Part shown: one piece after another, positions 38,169 through 48,326 of the stretch
How positions within the stretch are numbered: the stretch's first letter is position 1
Layout of the letters: every line of letters begins with the position of its first letter
Assembly: GCA_963707655.1 (NCBI GenBank)
Contig: OY970172.1
Coordinates: 544,001-608,000, forward strand
Source: an uncultured bacterium
Lineage (GTDB): Bacteria; Babelota; Babeliae; Babelales; Vermiphilaceae
Direction of reading: 5' to 3'
Length of the DNA stretch: 64,000 bases
Notes under the pieces: generated by a model
Databases searched by the model: none
Told to the model about the DNA's origin: nothing
Seen by the model: the letters and a program-made list of their open reading frames with translations, nothing else
Translations under genes and position numbers: made by a program

Positions 38169-38188
38169 AATACACTCTGTATGCACAA

Positions 38189-38578
38189 TTATTTTATTTC
38201 AATGTATTTACAGGTAGATATCTTATTAGTTGCTAGATCACGATAGGTAAAAAATTGTTGTCCTTCAACATATTGCTGTGCACTCATGCCACCTTGTGGA
38301 ACACAGTTAATAATTTGGACCATGCGCTCTTCAGCACCTATATAAGCATTATTTCCACTAAACCCTACTGATTGTCCTTTCCACTGCCCTTCAAGAATTA
38401 CGCCTGTTTTTGAATAGATAATGCCATGGTGGTGAATTATACGCCCGGGAGCGGCCACAACGTCACCGGCGGCTCTACCAACGTCGCCCACCGCATTACC
38501 AAGATTTTCAAAAAATTCTGCATAACTGCTCATGCTTACAAAACTTACCGTTATCATAAAAACATATGACAATTTCAT
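38189..38578 (-). CDS. Exported hypothetical protein
   Basis: Signal peptide MKLSYVFMITVSFVSMSSYA; Gly/Ala zipper-like GNAVGDVGRAAGDVV. Confidence 0.7.
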   Translation of the reverse strand: MKLSYVFMITVSFVSMSSYAEFFENLGNAVGDVGRAAGDVVAAPGRIIHHHGIIYSKTGVILEGQWKGQSVGFSGNNAYIGAEERMVQIINCVPQGGMSAQQYVEGQQFFTYRDLATNKISTCKYIEIK

Positions 38579-38804
38579 AATAAACATCCCTTCTTTGTTA
38601 AGATACATATAATCTCATCTCTCATAAGCATACCATTTGCTAATTCATAATAGCAATATTTTTTAGATTTTATGTGCGCAAATAAAAACCTTTTTTACTC
38701 TCTTAAAATTCTATTATTCAGCAGCGCAAGAGCTATTGTTTTGTTATTTGCCGCTATAGTAATCTATTGATAATCAATAATGGGAAAATAGGAAGGGGAA
38801 CATC

Positions 38805-40388
38805 ATGAATAGAAAACATACTGCACTGAGCATAGCTTTTATAATATTTTTTGCTGCACAGGGAGCCCCTCTCTTTCATGCAACTTCATTTTTAAGCCCC
38901 CGCTCGCAAAGTACCAATGCAGCACGTGAATTGGTTGGCTGGCGAAACTATATAAATCGCGGCGATATGGATGGTTTTTATAGCGCATTTTATGCCTTGG
39001 CAGAATACGAACAATCGTACCGCCCCAATCGCATAGCGCAATATTTCTTTGGTCAACAACTTATTACTGTTTCGGGCAGTGCAAACACCAATCGCAGCAT
39101 CAATGATCTTTTGGCTGATTATTTTGGCCTTTCTCCCGCATTTGTGAGCGATGTTGCCATGTTTCCTCACGTAACCAATAGTTTACTTGAGCTCAATTGG
39201 TACGCAGGCTACAACGATTGGTTTTTCCGCATACATGTGCCCTTTGTCTGGAGCACCACCCACTATAAACTCAAAGAAACAATCCTTAATGACGGATCAA
39301 TGGTGCCTTTTCCCGCCCTGTATATGGCTGACGCCGCCGTTACCGCCCCTGCTACCTCATTCACCCAGGCAATTGAATCACAAGGTATTACGTATGGAGA
39401 GGTGACAGAAGGTCTTAATTTTAGTCGTATTGCCTGCAAACAGCACAAAAAAGGAGTGTCTGAGCCTCAACTAGCTCTTGGCTATAACTTTATTGCAGAC
39501 GAACTATCTCATATTGGTTTTGAAGCGCGCTTGAGTGTTCCAACAGGAAATAGATCAAAAGCACTCTTTTTATTTGAACCTATGATTGGCAATGGCCACC
39601 ATTGGGAGGCCGGTATTGGTTTTACCGGACATTGGACCGTTTGGGAAAAAGATTATACCCAAAGCATAGCTGTTTATCTGGATATTAATCTCATGCATTT
39701 ATTTGATGCACGACAAGTACGTTCATTTGATTTCAAGCAGCATGTATATGCCCCATGCACCGATTACACTAATTTTGGCAGCCGCTACATTTTGTTAAAA
39801 GAATTTAATGCTGCCGGTGATTATATTGGTACTACTATTCCCGCAGCAAATGTTACTACATTGCCCTGCAAAGTAAGAAACTCTATTCAGCTTGATTTAG
39901 CATTTATGCTTGGCTACTCAAGCTGTTGGGTTGATGTTGATCTTGGTTATGGCGCTTGGATACGCAGCAAAGAAAAAATTAAACTCTGCGCATCTCTGCC
40001 GGTGAACACGTATGGATTAAAAGGAATACAGAATGTATCGCTAGCCCCTTTAACACCGAGTAATGCTACACAAAGCGATGCAACGCTCAACGGCAATTAT
40101 TTCACCGATCAAACAATGGTGGAAGACGATCCATCGCCGGTATTTGTAAATACGTGTGATCTTAATCTGCACTCTGCAGCAAATCCAACAGCATTTACCA
40201 ATAAAATTTTCTGGAACATTGGCCACGCATGGGAAAATGAAGACAGAATATGTCGCTTCGTAATTCCGTTTGTAGGGGTTGGTGGAGAGGCTGAATTTGA
40301 AAGCCTTAATCCACGTCGAGTCACCGAGCCAAATCAAAATTCAATTTCTCAATGGGGCCTCTGGCTCAAAGGCGGCGTAACTTTTTAA
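38805..40388 (+). CDS. Putative outer-membrane beta-barrel protein (paralogue of the 62473 ORF)
   Basis: Signal peptide; amphipathic aromatic strands; C-terminal WGLWLKGGVTF resembling a beta-signal; GNGHHW motif. Confidence 0.75.
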   Translation: MNRKHTALSIAFIIFFAAQGAPLFHATSFLSPRSQSTNAARELVGWRNYINRGDMDGFYSAFYALAEYEQSYRPNRIAQYFFGQQLITVSGSANTNRSINDLLADYFGLSPAFVSDVAMFPHVTNSLLELNWYAGYNDWFFRIHVPFVWSTTHYKLKETILNDGSMVPFPALYMADAAVTAPATSFTQAIESQGITYGEVTEGLNFSRIACKQHKKGVSEPQLALGYNFIADELSHIGFEARLSVPTGNRSKALFLFEPMIGNGHHWEAGIGFTGHWTVWEKDYTQSIAVYLDINLMHLFDARQVRSFDFKQHVYAPCTDYTNFGSRYILLKEFNAAGDYIGTTIPAANVTTLPCKVRNSIQLDLAFMLGYSSCWVDVDLGYGAWIRSKEKIKLCASLPVNTYGLKGIQNVSLAPLTPSNATQSDATLNGNYFTDQTMVEDDPSPVFVNTCDLNLHSAANPTAFTNKIFWNIGHAWENEDRICRFVIPFVGVGGEAEFESLNPRRVTEPNQNSISQWGLWLKGGVTF

Positions 40389-40391
40389 TAG

Positions 40392-40830
40392 AATAGAAAT
40401 CCGTATACAATTGAAGTTACTTATCAAGACGTAAGAGATCTGCAAACATTAACTTTTACTCCGGACAAGACCATTCTTATATCAGGGCTTAGTAATCTGA
40501 TAAAGATGCATGACATTGTAACCGGAAAATGCATCCAGACATTCACCTACTCAGATGGCAAGGTGACAACTCATCAAGACAATCAACCGGCCCACAAGGT
40601 CGACACCAATGTTGCACAAGTGTTGGATTATGATTCTTCTGATTCAAAAAAACACATTTTTGCTTCACCTGAAAGATTCCAACCATGCGTCGGTTGTAGA
40701 TTTTCATATGCGAGAACCTAATGGAATCAGATCTGGATTTGACTTCAATGATGACAGAACAGTATTTGCATTAGCCACAATCCATCAACCTGAAGAAAAT
40801 AATTATATTGAAGCTTGGGAAATCGAATAG
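40392..40830 (+). pseudogene. WD40-repeat gene remnant
   Basis: LQTLTFTPDKTILISGLSNLIKMHDIVTGKCIQTF is WD40-like; no N-terminus or RBS; frame change near the A7 run 40646-40652. Confidence 0.55.
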
Positions 40831-40871
40831 GTCGATCAATATCGTAGCGATAAAATCTGAGGAAAATGAGT

Positions 40872-40900
40872 AGCGGGGGCTTAAAAACCCCCGCTTTTTT
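40872..40900. terminator. Intrinsic terminator
   Basis: AGCGGGGG-CTTAAAAA-CCCCCGCT-TTTTT. Confidence 0.75.
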
Positions 40901-41160
40901 TAATTATTGTTTTTTGTACGCAATTCATGCACATAATCAACAACTTGTTCTACCGATGTTAATTTTTCTGCATCCGCATCGTTGATTTCTATGCCAAAAT
41001 CTTCTTCAAGCTTCATCACTATTTCAACCATATCAAGCGAGTCAGCACCCAGCTCTTGAAACGAGCGTGCGCGCTCTACGGCAGCTTTATCAACGTTTAA
41101 TTTTTGCGCTACGAGGGTAACAACTTTGTTATACGTATCTTGTCTATCAATGTGTGCCAT
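40900..41160 (-). CDS. acpP: Acyl carrier protein
   Basis: LGADSLDMVEIVMKLEEDFGIEI. Confidence 0.96.
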   Translation of the reverse strand: MAHIDRQDTYNKVVTLVAQKLNVDKAAVERARSFQELGADSLDMVEIVMKLEEDFGIEINDADAEKLTSVEQVVDYVHELRTKNNN

Positions 41161-41162
41161 AG

Positions 41163-42107
41163 TTATTTCTCCGTCTGAGGTTGCATTTGTATAATTTTTT
41201 TAATTTCCATAATATCTGATCGTTGTGTTACCAACATTAAAGGAATGTCTGGATACAGCGCTTGTAACGTGTTAGTCTGTCGATCTTCAAGACCAAAGTG
41301 TGCAATCAAATCAGCATCGGCCAATTTTTCATACACCAAATCAAGACGCACCGGTTTAGTGATGCGATCAACAATAGTTTGCGCTACTTCTTCTGCCGTG
41401 CTTATCTGCTGCGCATCGCTGCTCCGCATAACCGGCACGGTAAGATTTTTAAAATCAACTTTATTCAAATAAGGTTTAAAACTGTCAGCAATAACCTGTG
41501 CCAACGAGCTATGCATTTCATAACCAAGTTCATCATCGACATACGCAATATCATGCGCATCAAGTACTATTTTTAATGCGGCGATTCCTGTCTGTGTGCC
41601 ACTTACCAAATGCTCGTGGGCGCTGATACTCACGGCCAGATCAACCTGTTGCTGCTCTGCATTTATTTGCGCGCAGATTTTTTCTACCGTTGCGTTATCA
41701 GTTTTTTCAATTCTGATCATGCCAACATCTTGTGTTGCAAAAAAATCGTGATACATATTCGCATATTTATTTAACAGATACAGACCATCAGGCAAACTCA
41801 TGCCACCGCTTGCAGCAATAGCAGCATAATCCCCAATGTTGTTACCAATCAGCAACGAGGGTTTAATTTCTTCATCTTTAAATAGTGCATAGATTGCAGA
41901 GCTTATCAAAAATAGCACCGGGTAAGCATTACCAATCTTTGCCAATTCAGCGTCTGACGATGCAAAACATAATTTCACAAAATTAATATTCAAAGATTGC
42001 GATGCTTCTTCAAAATATTCCTGCACAATACGATAATCATCATACAGCTCTTTGCCCATTCCCACGAACTGGCTGCCATAGCCAGGAAAGAGAAATACTA
42101 CTTTCAT
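41163..42107 (-). CDS. fabD: Malonyl-CoA:ACP transacylase homologue with degenerate active site
   Basis: FLFPGYGSQFVGMGKELY and MHSSL present; GHSLGE replaced by GNNIGD; adjacent to acpP. Confidence 0.85.
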   Translation of the reverse strand: MKVVFLFPGYGSQFVGMGKELYDDYRIVQEYFEEASQSLNINFVKLCFASSDAELAKIGNAYPVLFLISSAIYALFKDEEIKPSLLIGNNIGDYAAIAASGGMSLPDGLYLLNKYANMYHDFFATQDVGMIRIEKTDNATVEKICAQINAEQQQVDLAVSISAHEHLVSGTQTGIAALKIVLDAHDIAYVDDELGYEMHSSLAQVIADSFKPYLNKVDFKNLTVPVMRSSDAQQISTAEEVAQTIVDRITKPVRLDLVYEKLADADLIAHFGLEDRQTNTLQALYPDIPLMLVTQRSDIMEIKKIIQMQPQTEK

Positions 42108-42119
42108 AGATTTCCTTTT

Positions 42120-43559
42120 TTATTTGATTGGTTTATTTGTTTCAAGAAAGGCTAAAAATGCATGCAGACGCTTGACCGTTTCATCTTTGCCAAGAATCTC
42201 TATCAATTCAAAAACAGCCGGGCCCGATGCTTTGCCGATCAAAGCAATGCGTATCGGTTGCGCGAGATTAACTATTTTCAAATCATATTGTTTGGCAACA
42301 TCTTTTACACACGCAGTCACTGCTTCTACGTCAAATGATTTAAGATCTTCTAAAGCATTGGATGCTGTTTTCAGGTGCTCTATAGTGCTTTGCGTAACCC
42401 ATGCGGTGATGTCTTCTACCAGATAGGGAGTTGAACGCTCGTAGAGCGATTTTAATTCATCAGCAAGTTCGGTTATTGTTTTTGTGCGTTGTTTGTATAA
42501 ATTAACAAGCGCAAGAATTTGCACTATGTCCCACTTTGAAAGCTCGGCTTGAAATCGCGGTCTAATTTCTTTGATCTGCTCTAATAATGATTCATCCGGT
42601 AATTCACGCATATACATACTGTTTACCCATCCTAATTTAGTCATATCAAAAATTGATCCTTTTTTTCCTACATGGTCAAGTGAAAAATAGCTTATTAGCT
42701 CATCTCTTGTAAAGATTTCTTGATCACCATGTGACCATCCCAAGCGGACCAGATAGTTGATAAGTGCATCGGGAAGGTAGCCCAATTGCTGATATTCCAT
42801 GACTGACGTTGCCGCATCACGTTTACTTAAAGGCTCGCCTGTTTTGCCCAAAATAAGCGGCAGATGGGCAAAGTACGGTATTTTGTAACCACACGCCTGA
42901 TAGAGCATGATCTGTTTTGGTGTATTTGAGATATGATCTTCACCACGAATTACATGCGTAATGTTCATAAAAGCGTCGTCGACAACTACTACAAAATTAT
43001 ACATGGGAGAACCGTCTGAGCGGGCAATAATAAAATCATCAAATTGATCGATATTGAATGAGACGGAACCTCTGATCAAATCATCAAAAGTTATTTTATC
43101 CTCTGCCGGCAACGCAAAGCGAATGACAAATAATTTGTCTTTAAGATCGGGAGTTTGCAGACGATGGCGACAAAAGCCATCATATTTAGCGTAGGCCGGA
43201 TCAACAGCAACTGATTCAATGCGCTCTCTAATTTCTTCCGGCGTGCAATAACAGCGATATGCTTTTTTTTCTTTTACCAGCTGCGCAATAACTTCTTTGT
43301 GCTCATCTACGCGCGCAGATTGAATAACCAGCTCTTCATCCCAGTTAATATGAGCCCAGCGCATCGCATTTAAAATCGCATCAAGATATTCCTGCTTGGA
43401 ACGCTCCAAATCAGTATCTTCAATACGCAAGAGAAATTGCCCTTTATAGTGACGCGCAAAAAGCCAATTAAAAATCGCCGTGCGCAGACCACCAATGTGT
43501 AAGTTGCCGGTGGGGGATGGTGCAAAACGAACGCGAACCGGTGCTGTTTGATTATTCAT
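42120..43559 (-). CDS. gltX: Glutamate--tRNA ligase (copy 1)
   Basis: RFAPSPTGNLHIGG, RIEDTD, IRGEDHISNT, LSKR. Confidence 0.96.
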   Translation of the reverse strand: MNNQTAPVRVRFAPSPTGNLHIGGLRTAIFNWLFARHYKGQFLLRIEDTDLERSKQEYLDAILNAMRWAHINWDEELVIQSARVDEHKEVIAQLVKEKKAYRCYCTPEEIRERIESVAVDPAYAKYDGFCRHRLQTPDLKDKLFVIRFALPAEDKITFDDLIRGSVSFNIDQFDDFIIARSDGSPMYNFVVVVDDAFMNITHVIRGEDHISNTPKQIMLYQACGYKIPYFAHLPLILGKTGEPLSKRDAATSVMEYQQLGYLPDALINYLVRLGWSHGDQEIFTRDELISYFSLDHVGKKGSIFDMTKLGWVNSMYMRELPDESLLEQIKEIRPRFQAELSKWDIVQILALVNLYKQRTKTITELADELKSLYERSTPYLVEDITAWVTQSTIEHLKTASNALEDLKSFDVEAVTACVKDVAKQYDLKIVNLAQPIRIALIGKASGPAVFELIEILGKDETVKRLHAFLAFLETNKPIK

Positions 43560-43568
43560 GAAGTCCTT

Positions 43569-44231
43569 TTAAATAAGTGGCAATTTTGCCTGAACACGAG
43601 CTGCCCATGGTGAAGCCCCTTCAATATCAAGCGGCATATCACTTAAATCTTGCCAGAGTGCTTTTGCTTGTGTAATGTCATTTTTTTCCCAATAATAAAG
43701 CCCTACGTAATAGGCTGCCTCATCCCAATTTGCTAATGATTTATTGGTAGCTATAGCAGTTAAATCAGCAAGCCCGTCTTGCACTACTTTTTCGTCTGAC
43801 GAGTCAGTGCGCATTAAGGCCCTTTTTATTGTATACAACGAATAGAGTGGATCTGACGAAGAAAGAGAGTTGACCACCTGATCCATGGTTTGCAGAGCTT
43901 GTGGAAGATTATTTTCATTCGCATACACGTCAGCCAATAAGCTCAACAGAGCGGGAGTAACCAAACGCGGTTGTTCGGCATACTGATCTTTTAATGTCTC
44001 TCCAAGCTTGTGCCAATCGGGAGACTTGCTCCGTGCCGTTGCATCAAACAATGCAATGGAATCTGCCAATTTTTGTTGGGACTGAGCCGAGCGGTAGCCC
44101 ATCAATGTTTTATAGCTATAACAAAACACTATTCCGGCACCAAGTAACAAACCTGCAAGAGCAATATACTGTGTTGTTTTTGGTTGCGCCACAAATTTTT
44201 TATACCATACATGAGACGAGAAAAAAGTCAT
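43569..44231 (-). CDS. YfgM-like membrane-anchored TPR protein
   Basis: Single N-terminal TM, then TPR-like helices (AAYYVGLYYWEKNDITQAKALWQ); start uncertain. Confidence 0.65.
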   Translation of the reverse strand: MTFFSSHVWYKKFVAQPKTTQYIALAGLLLGAGIVFCYSYKTLMGYRSAQSQQKLADSIALFDATARSKSPDWHKLGETLKDQYAEQPRLVTPALLSLLADVYANENNLPQALQTMDQVVNSLSSSDPLYSLYTIKRALMRTDSSDEKVVQDGLADLTAIATNKSLANWDEAAYYVGLYYWEKNDITQAKALWQDLSDMPLDIEGASPWAARVQAKLPLI

Positions 44232-44542
44232 TGTTACACTCCGAAAAGAATAGAGATTGTTTTCATTATTCAATATCAGCAAAAGTACCATAGTTACAAA
44301 AAAAGATAAACAGTGATTTTGTGCGCGTAACAGGTGAACTTGCAACAATTCATGAAACTGAAAAAGATAGAAACAATATCATAAAAATCACATGCGTAAA
44401 ATGCCGATAAATTGGGGATTTTTCATACCTGATCCCTGCTCAGGAACCATGAAAAAACAATTGCCTAGTAAAGCTTTAATTGCTACCTTGTTCATGGGTA
44501 AAAAATAGAAAAATTACTATTCACACACTAAGAGAGTTATGC

Positions 44543-44926
44543 ATGAAAAGCAAAAATTATTATATTATAGCGCTGTCGACACTTCTTCTTGGTATCACCA
44601 CTATCAAAAGCATGGCATTGTACAAAAAACATCTCGCTAAAACATCCACAACACCGCATTCATTAAAAACATTCGTCTATCCAGTTTTCGATCTGCCCCA
44701 AATCCCTCAAACTGATCAGGAATTAGAACAGAGCAGAATTAACTGCTTATCATTCGCTGATACGTCCTCATTCGATGTGGATGATTGCGATCTCGATGAT
44801 TGTGATAATCTATTAGGCCCCATCATTCCTAGCCCTAGTGCTCCCGCTAAAAAACCAATTCTCAGCAAAAAAAATGACGAAGAATATCAACGCTACCTAA
44901 AACATTATCTTTCTAAAAAACAGTAA
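44543..44926 (+). CDS. Exported hypothetical protein
   Basis: MKSKNYYIIALSTLLLGITTIKS-MAL signal-like start. Confidence 0.65.
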   Translation: MKSKNYYIIALSTLLLGITTIKSMALYKKHLAKTSTTPHSLKTFVYPVFDLPQIPQTDQELEQSRINCLSFADTSSFDVDDCDLDDCDNLLGPIIPSPSAPAKKPILSKKNDEEYQRYLKHYLSKKQ

Positions 44927-45145
44927 AAGAGCAATAATTGCATCTTTCACCACTTCTTATGCCCCTAACAACATCTCATAGAATCCTGCTACTTCACAGT
45001 TCAATTAGAAATAGTTTAATCAATCTAATTGTACTCTAAAACGTGAACCTATCATTTTTTTAATAACAAATTGACTATGAGGTTTTTTCACCTTATTATA
45101 CTCAATATTAAAAAAATATTTTTCGTTTTTATTAAAAGGCTTACT

Positions 45146-45502
45146 GTGAAAACATCCCATCTGTGGTTATTGTTGCTCTCCATCACGGCAAAGGCAATCA
45201 ATGCATCTGAGGTAAAATCATCAAAAATAGATACAAGTTCTCTGATACGAGAGACTGAAGAGGCCATTAGTAAAGCTGAAAGCAGTCTGCAATCGGCTCT
45301 AAAATACGAAACCATGTGTATCAGGCAAAACAAAGACAGGCAGACCTTGTCCAAGGCCAGCAACCGAGTGGCATCGGTTTTCGAGCGCCGTTACCGTCTC
45401 TATAAGGAATTAGAAACTTTGCACAAAAATCTAGAGTGGCAAAGAGAAAAGGCTTGGCTTAAGCGAACGCATTCGGTAAAGACTCAGCTTCCTCTGAAAT
45501 AA
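45146..45502 (+). CDS. Exported coiled-coil hypothetical protein
   Basis: GTG start after AAAAGG; VKTSHLWLLLLSITAKAINA-SE. Confidence 0.6.
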   Translation: MKTSHLWLLLLSITAKAINASEVKSSKIDTSSLIRETEEAISKAESSLQSALKYETMCIRQNKDRQTLSKASNRVASVFERRYRLYKELETLHKNLEWQREKAWLKRTHSVKTQLPLK

Positions 45503-45521
45503 TTCCGTTACCCGAGCAAAC

Positions 45522-45567
45522 AAAAAAGAGGAAGAGATGATTGTTAAAAATAATTTCTTCCTCTTTT
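45522..45567. terminator. Bidirectional terminator
   Basis: AAAAAAGAGGAAGA...TTTCTTCCTCTTTTT between convergent genes. Confidence 0.65.
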
Positions 45568-45569
45568 TA

Positions 45570-46619
45570 TTACTTGTTTCCTTGCTGCTGCGCGTAGACA
45601 TGCCCTGCTTGATACATGGGCCATGTTATTAAGCGCTCACTTAATAGTGCATTGTACCGCTGGGTAAAAGATGTTTGAATATTCTCATGCGCTCTCATAA
45701 TCGCTTGCTCAATCGCATAGGCTGATGAAGAGCCATGCGCTATGAATACCGGCTCGCGCACCCCCAATAGTAATGCACCGCCCTGCTTGGCATAATCTGT
45801 TTTTTGCTTTAAGCGAGAGAAGATTCTATAACCCAACATGAAATAGAGGCGCGCCCACCATGACCGCTGCGCTTCTTCACGCAACCAATACATCATAGCT
45901 TTGGCCGTTCCCTGTATACCTTTGAGTAAAACGTTTCCCACAAAGCCATCACACACCAAAACATCAGCCGCTGTTTCAAAAAGATCACGCGATTCAACAT
46001 TGCCAATAAAATGTAAGGGGGAAAATTCTAATTTTTTATATACTTCTTTAACTAAGGCTGATCCTTTATACGGCTCGGCCCCATTTGAAAGTAAGGCAAT
46101 TTTTGGCTCTTGAATCTGTTTACTCATCTGCACATATACATTTCCCATCAGCGCAAACTGTTCAAGGTATTCACTCTTGCAATCGGTGTTTGCTCCTAAA
46201 TCCAGGCAAAAAATTGAGCCGTTTTTTTTGGGAAGAAAACTACCAATTGCAGGACGAAGAATACCGGGGACCCGACCAATAATCAGGGTGGCGGCCACGA
46301 GCATGGCGCCTGAATTACCGGCAGAAACAACTGCTTGCGCCTGCTTATTGGATAGCGCAGCTATTGCGCGGACTAGAGAGGAATCTTTTTTTTGAACTAT
46401 TGCGCGAGTGGGCTCATCACCCATGGCAATTTCTTGAGAACAGTGTTCTATAAAGAGAGGAAGGGAATGCCAATCTGAGTCATGCTCATCTAATAATTTT
46501 CCGAGCACAAGCTCATCACCAAATAAGGTGATTGCGATTCCCTTTTTTGCCGCATTAAGAGCGCCGAGAACAGTAACATGCGGCGCGAAGTCGCCGCCCA
46601 TTGCATCGAGCGCTATCAT
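45570..46619 (-). CDS. plsX: Phosphate acyltransferase PlsX
   Basis: IALDAMGGDFAP, SAGNSGA, LDLGAN, VCDGFVGNV.LK, HGSS. Confidence 0.96.
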   Translation of the reverse strand: MIALDAMGGDFAPHVTVLGALNAAKKGIAITLFGDELVLGKLLDEHDSDWHSLPLFIEHCSQEIAMGDEPTRAIVQKKDSSLVRAIAALSNKQAQAVVSAGNSGAMLVAATLIIGRVPGILRPAIGSFLPKKNGSIFCLDLGANTDCKSEYLEQFALMGNVYVQMSKQIQEPKIALLSNGAEPYKGSALVKEVYKKLEFSPLHFIGNVESRDLFETAADVLVCDGFVGNVLLKGIQGTAKAMMYWLREEAQRSWWARLYFMLGYRIFSRLKQKTDYAKQGGALLLGVREPVFIAHGSSSAYAIEQAIMRAHENIQTSFTQRYNALLSERLITWPMYQAGHVYAQQQGNK

Positions 46620-46653
46620 ACGTTATTTCCTATAAGAAAGTAGCACGCTGTAT

Positions 46654-46929
46654 TTATTCAGCTTTGCCTTCTGCAGCTTGCTGCGATTGCATTTTTGCTT
46701 GACGAGAAGCTACTTGTTTTTGACGCGATTGCAAACGGTTTGCTGCACGCTCATTTTTTGGGGTCATTACTTTTTTGCCTTTGTAATGGCCACAGTTTTT
46801 GCACACTTGATGAGGCAAAAGCGCTTCTTCACAATTTTTACATGCACCAAATGATTTTACTTTAATAAACTTATTGGCATGGCGGGAATCACGACGCGCC
46901 CGGGAACGCTTTCTTTTTGGTACTGGCAT
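46654..46929 (-). CDS. rpmF: 50S ribosomal protein L32 with C-terminal extension
   Basis: MPVPKRKRSRARRD, CKNC...PHQVCKNCGHYKG. Confidence 0.96.
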   Translation of the reverse strand: MPVPKRKRSRARRDSRHANKFIKVKSFGACKNCEEALLPHQVCKNCGHYKGKKVMTPKNERAANRLQSRQKQVASRQAKMQSQQAAEGKAE

Positions 46930-47055
46930 ACTAATCCTTGACAGATAGAAATAATTTTATTCAATTTCTTGCCGAAAGCGCTATGCATATAGCATTCAAG
47001 CGAGAATTATATCAATTAGAGTAGCAATTTTTAAAAAAAAATCAAAAACTAATAC

Positions 47056-48189
47056 TTATAGCGCGTGCCATAAACCGGCCATTGTTTGCGATATTTTCTG
47101 CTCTAGTTGAAGGTCAAAAAGTAAGGTGTGTAATTCTGCCATAGTCAAAGAGGTTACTGCCAATAGTTCATCGAGCGAACAGGGCTTGCTGCAGCTTTGC
47201 AGAATAAGGTCAGCAATGCTCGCCGGCTTAAACTCAACTTTTGCCTGCACGTGGGACTGCCCATCCTCCTGTGCTGATACGGTAGTCTTTTTTGCCTCAT
47301 GCGCAGCTATTGGCATTGTTTCGCCAAAAGCATTCAATATGTCCTGAGCAGAAGCAACCAGGGTAGCCCCTTGTGCAATTAGGCTGTGACAGCCGGCACT
47401 CAATTCATCATCAATCGCTCCAGGCACGGCAAACACTTCTCTCCCCTGCTCAAGCGCATAGCGCGCGGTAATTAATGCACCACTTTTTTGCGCTGCCTGC
47501 ACCACCACACTGCCCCGGCTCAGGCCAGAAATAATGCGATTGCGTGCCGGAAAATTGCCCGGCGATGGCTCCATTGCCAAAGGAAATGAGCTTATAACCG
47601 CTCCGCCGCGCTCTACGATCTGCTCAAACAACCTTCTATTGCCGGTCGGATACGGGCGCAACAGGCCGGAGCCCAAAACTGCGATAGTTTTCCCACCGGA
47701 TTCAATGGCAGCCTGGTGGGTATAGGTATCAATTCCCTGTGCTCCGCCGCTCACAAGGGCAAAGCCTGCTTGCGCGAGAGGTGGTACTAATCGGTTTACT
47801 ACACGCTTGCCATATAGCGACGCAGCACGCGAACCCACAAAGGCTATTGCCGTATCATTGTTCAAAGCGCCCTGAACATATAAAATTGGCGGTGGTAAAT
47901 GAATTTCTTTGAGCAATGCCGGGTAGTTACCATCTGCGATAGCAATTAATGCAATGCGGTGCTTTTCCAACAGCTTGAGTTCTGCTTCAAGCGTAGTTCT
48001 ATCTTGTAATCCTTGCACCACTTTTTGTGCGGCATTCAGCGTTATGCCACAGGCATGCGCAATATCAGAAGGTAATAATGCATAGAGCTGCTCAAACGCC
48101 TCTTGATTATGCATAAGCGATTCTATTAAAGCCGGCCCTACGCCACTGATTAAGGAAAGATGAAGAATGGTGCGATTAGTATGGTTCAT
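47056..48189 (-). CDS. dprA: DNA-processing protein DprA
   Basis: VGSR, VSGGAQGID, FPARNRIISGLS, SGALITA, GREVFAVPG. Confidence 0.96.
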   Translation of the reverse strand: MNHTNRTILHLSLISGVGPALIESLMHNQEAFEQLYALLPSDIAHACGITLNAAQKVVQGLQDRTTLEAELKLLEKHRIALIAIADGNYPALLKEIHLPPPILYVQGALNNDTAIAFVGSRAASLYGKRVVNRLVPPLAQAGFALVSGGAQGIDTYTHQAAIESGGKTIAVLGSGLLRPYPTGNRRLFEQIVERGGAVISSFPLAMEPSPGNFPARNRIISGLSRGSVVVQAAQKSGALITARYALEQGREVFAVPGAIDDELSAGCHSLIAQGATLVASAQDILNAFGETMPIAAHEAKKTTVSAQEDGQSHVQAKVEFKPASIADLILQSCSKPCSLDELLAVTSLTMAELHTLLFDLQLEQKISQTMAGLWHAL

Positions 48190-48223
48190 GTACGTTATCT
48201 ATACCTATAAAATCTATATCTAT

Positions 48224-48255
48224 AAAAAAAATGCCGCGCATTCTCTGCGCGGCTT
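48224..48255 (-). terminator. Intrinsic terminator (copy A)
   Basis: GCCGCGCA-TTCTC-TGCGCGGC with an A-run on the left. Confidence 0.7.
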
Positions 48256-48326
48256 CACTCTGTTTCTACTAATTTACTTTAAAAATCTCTATTTCTCTAG
48301 GTTCTGTGAACAAAATTTTATATGAG

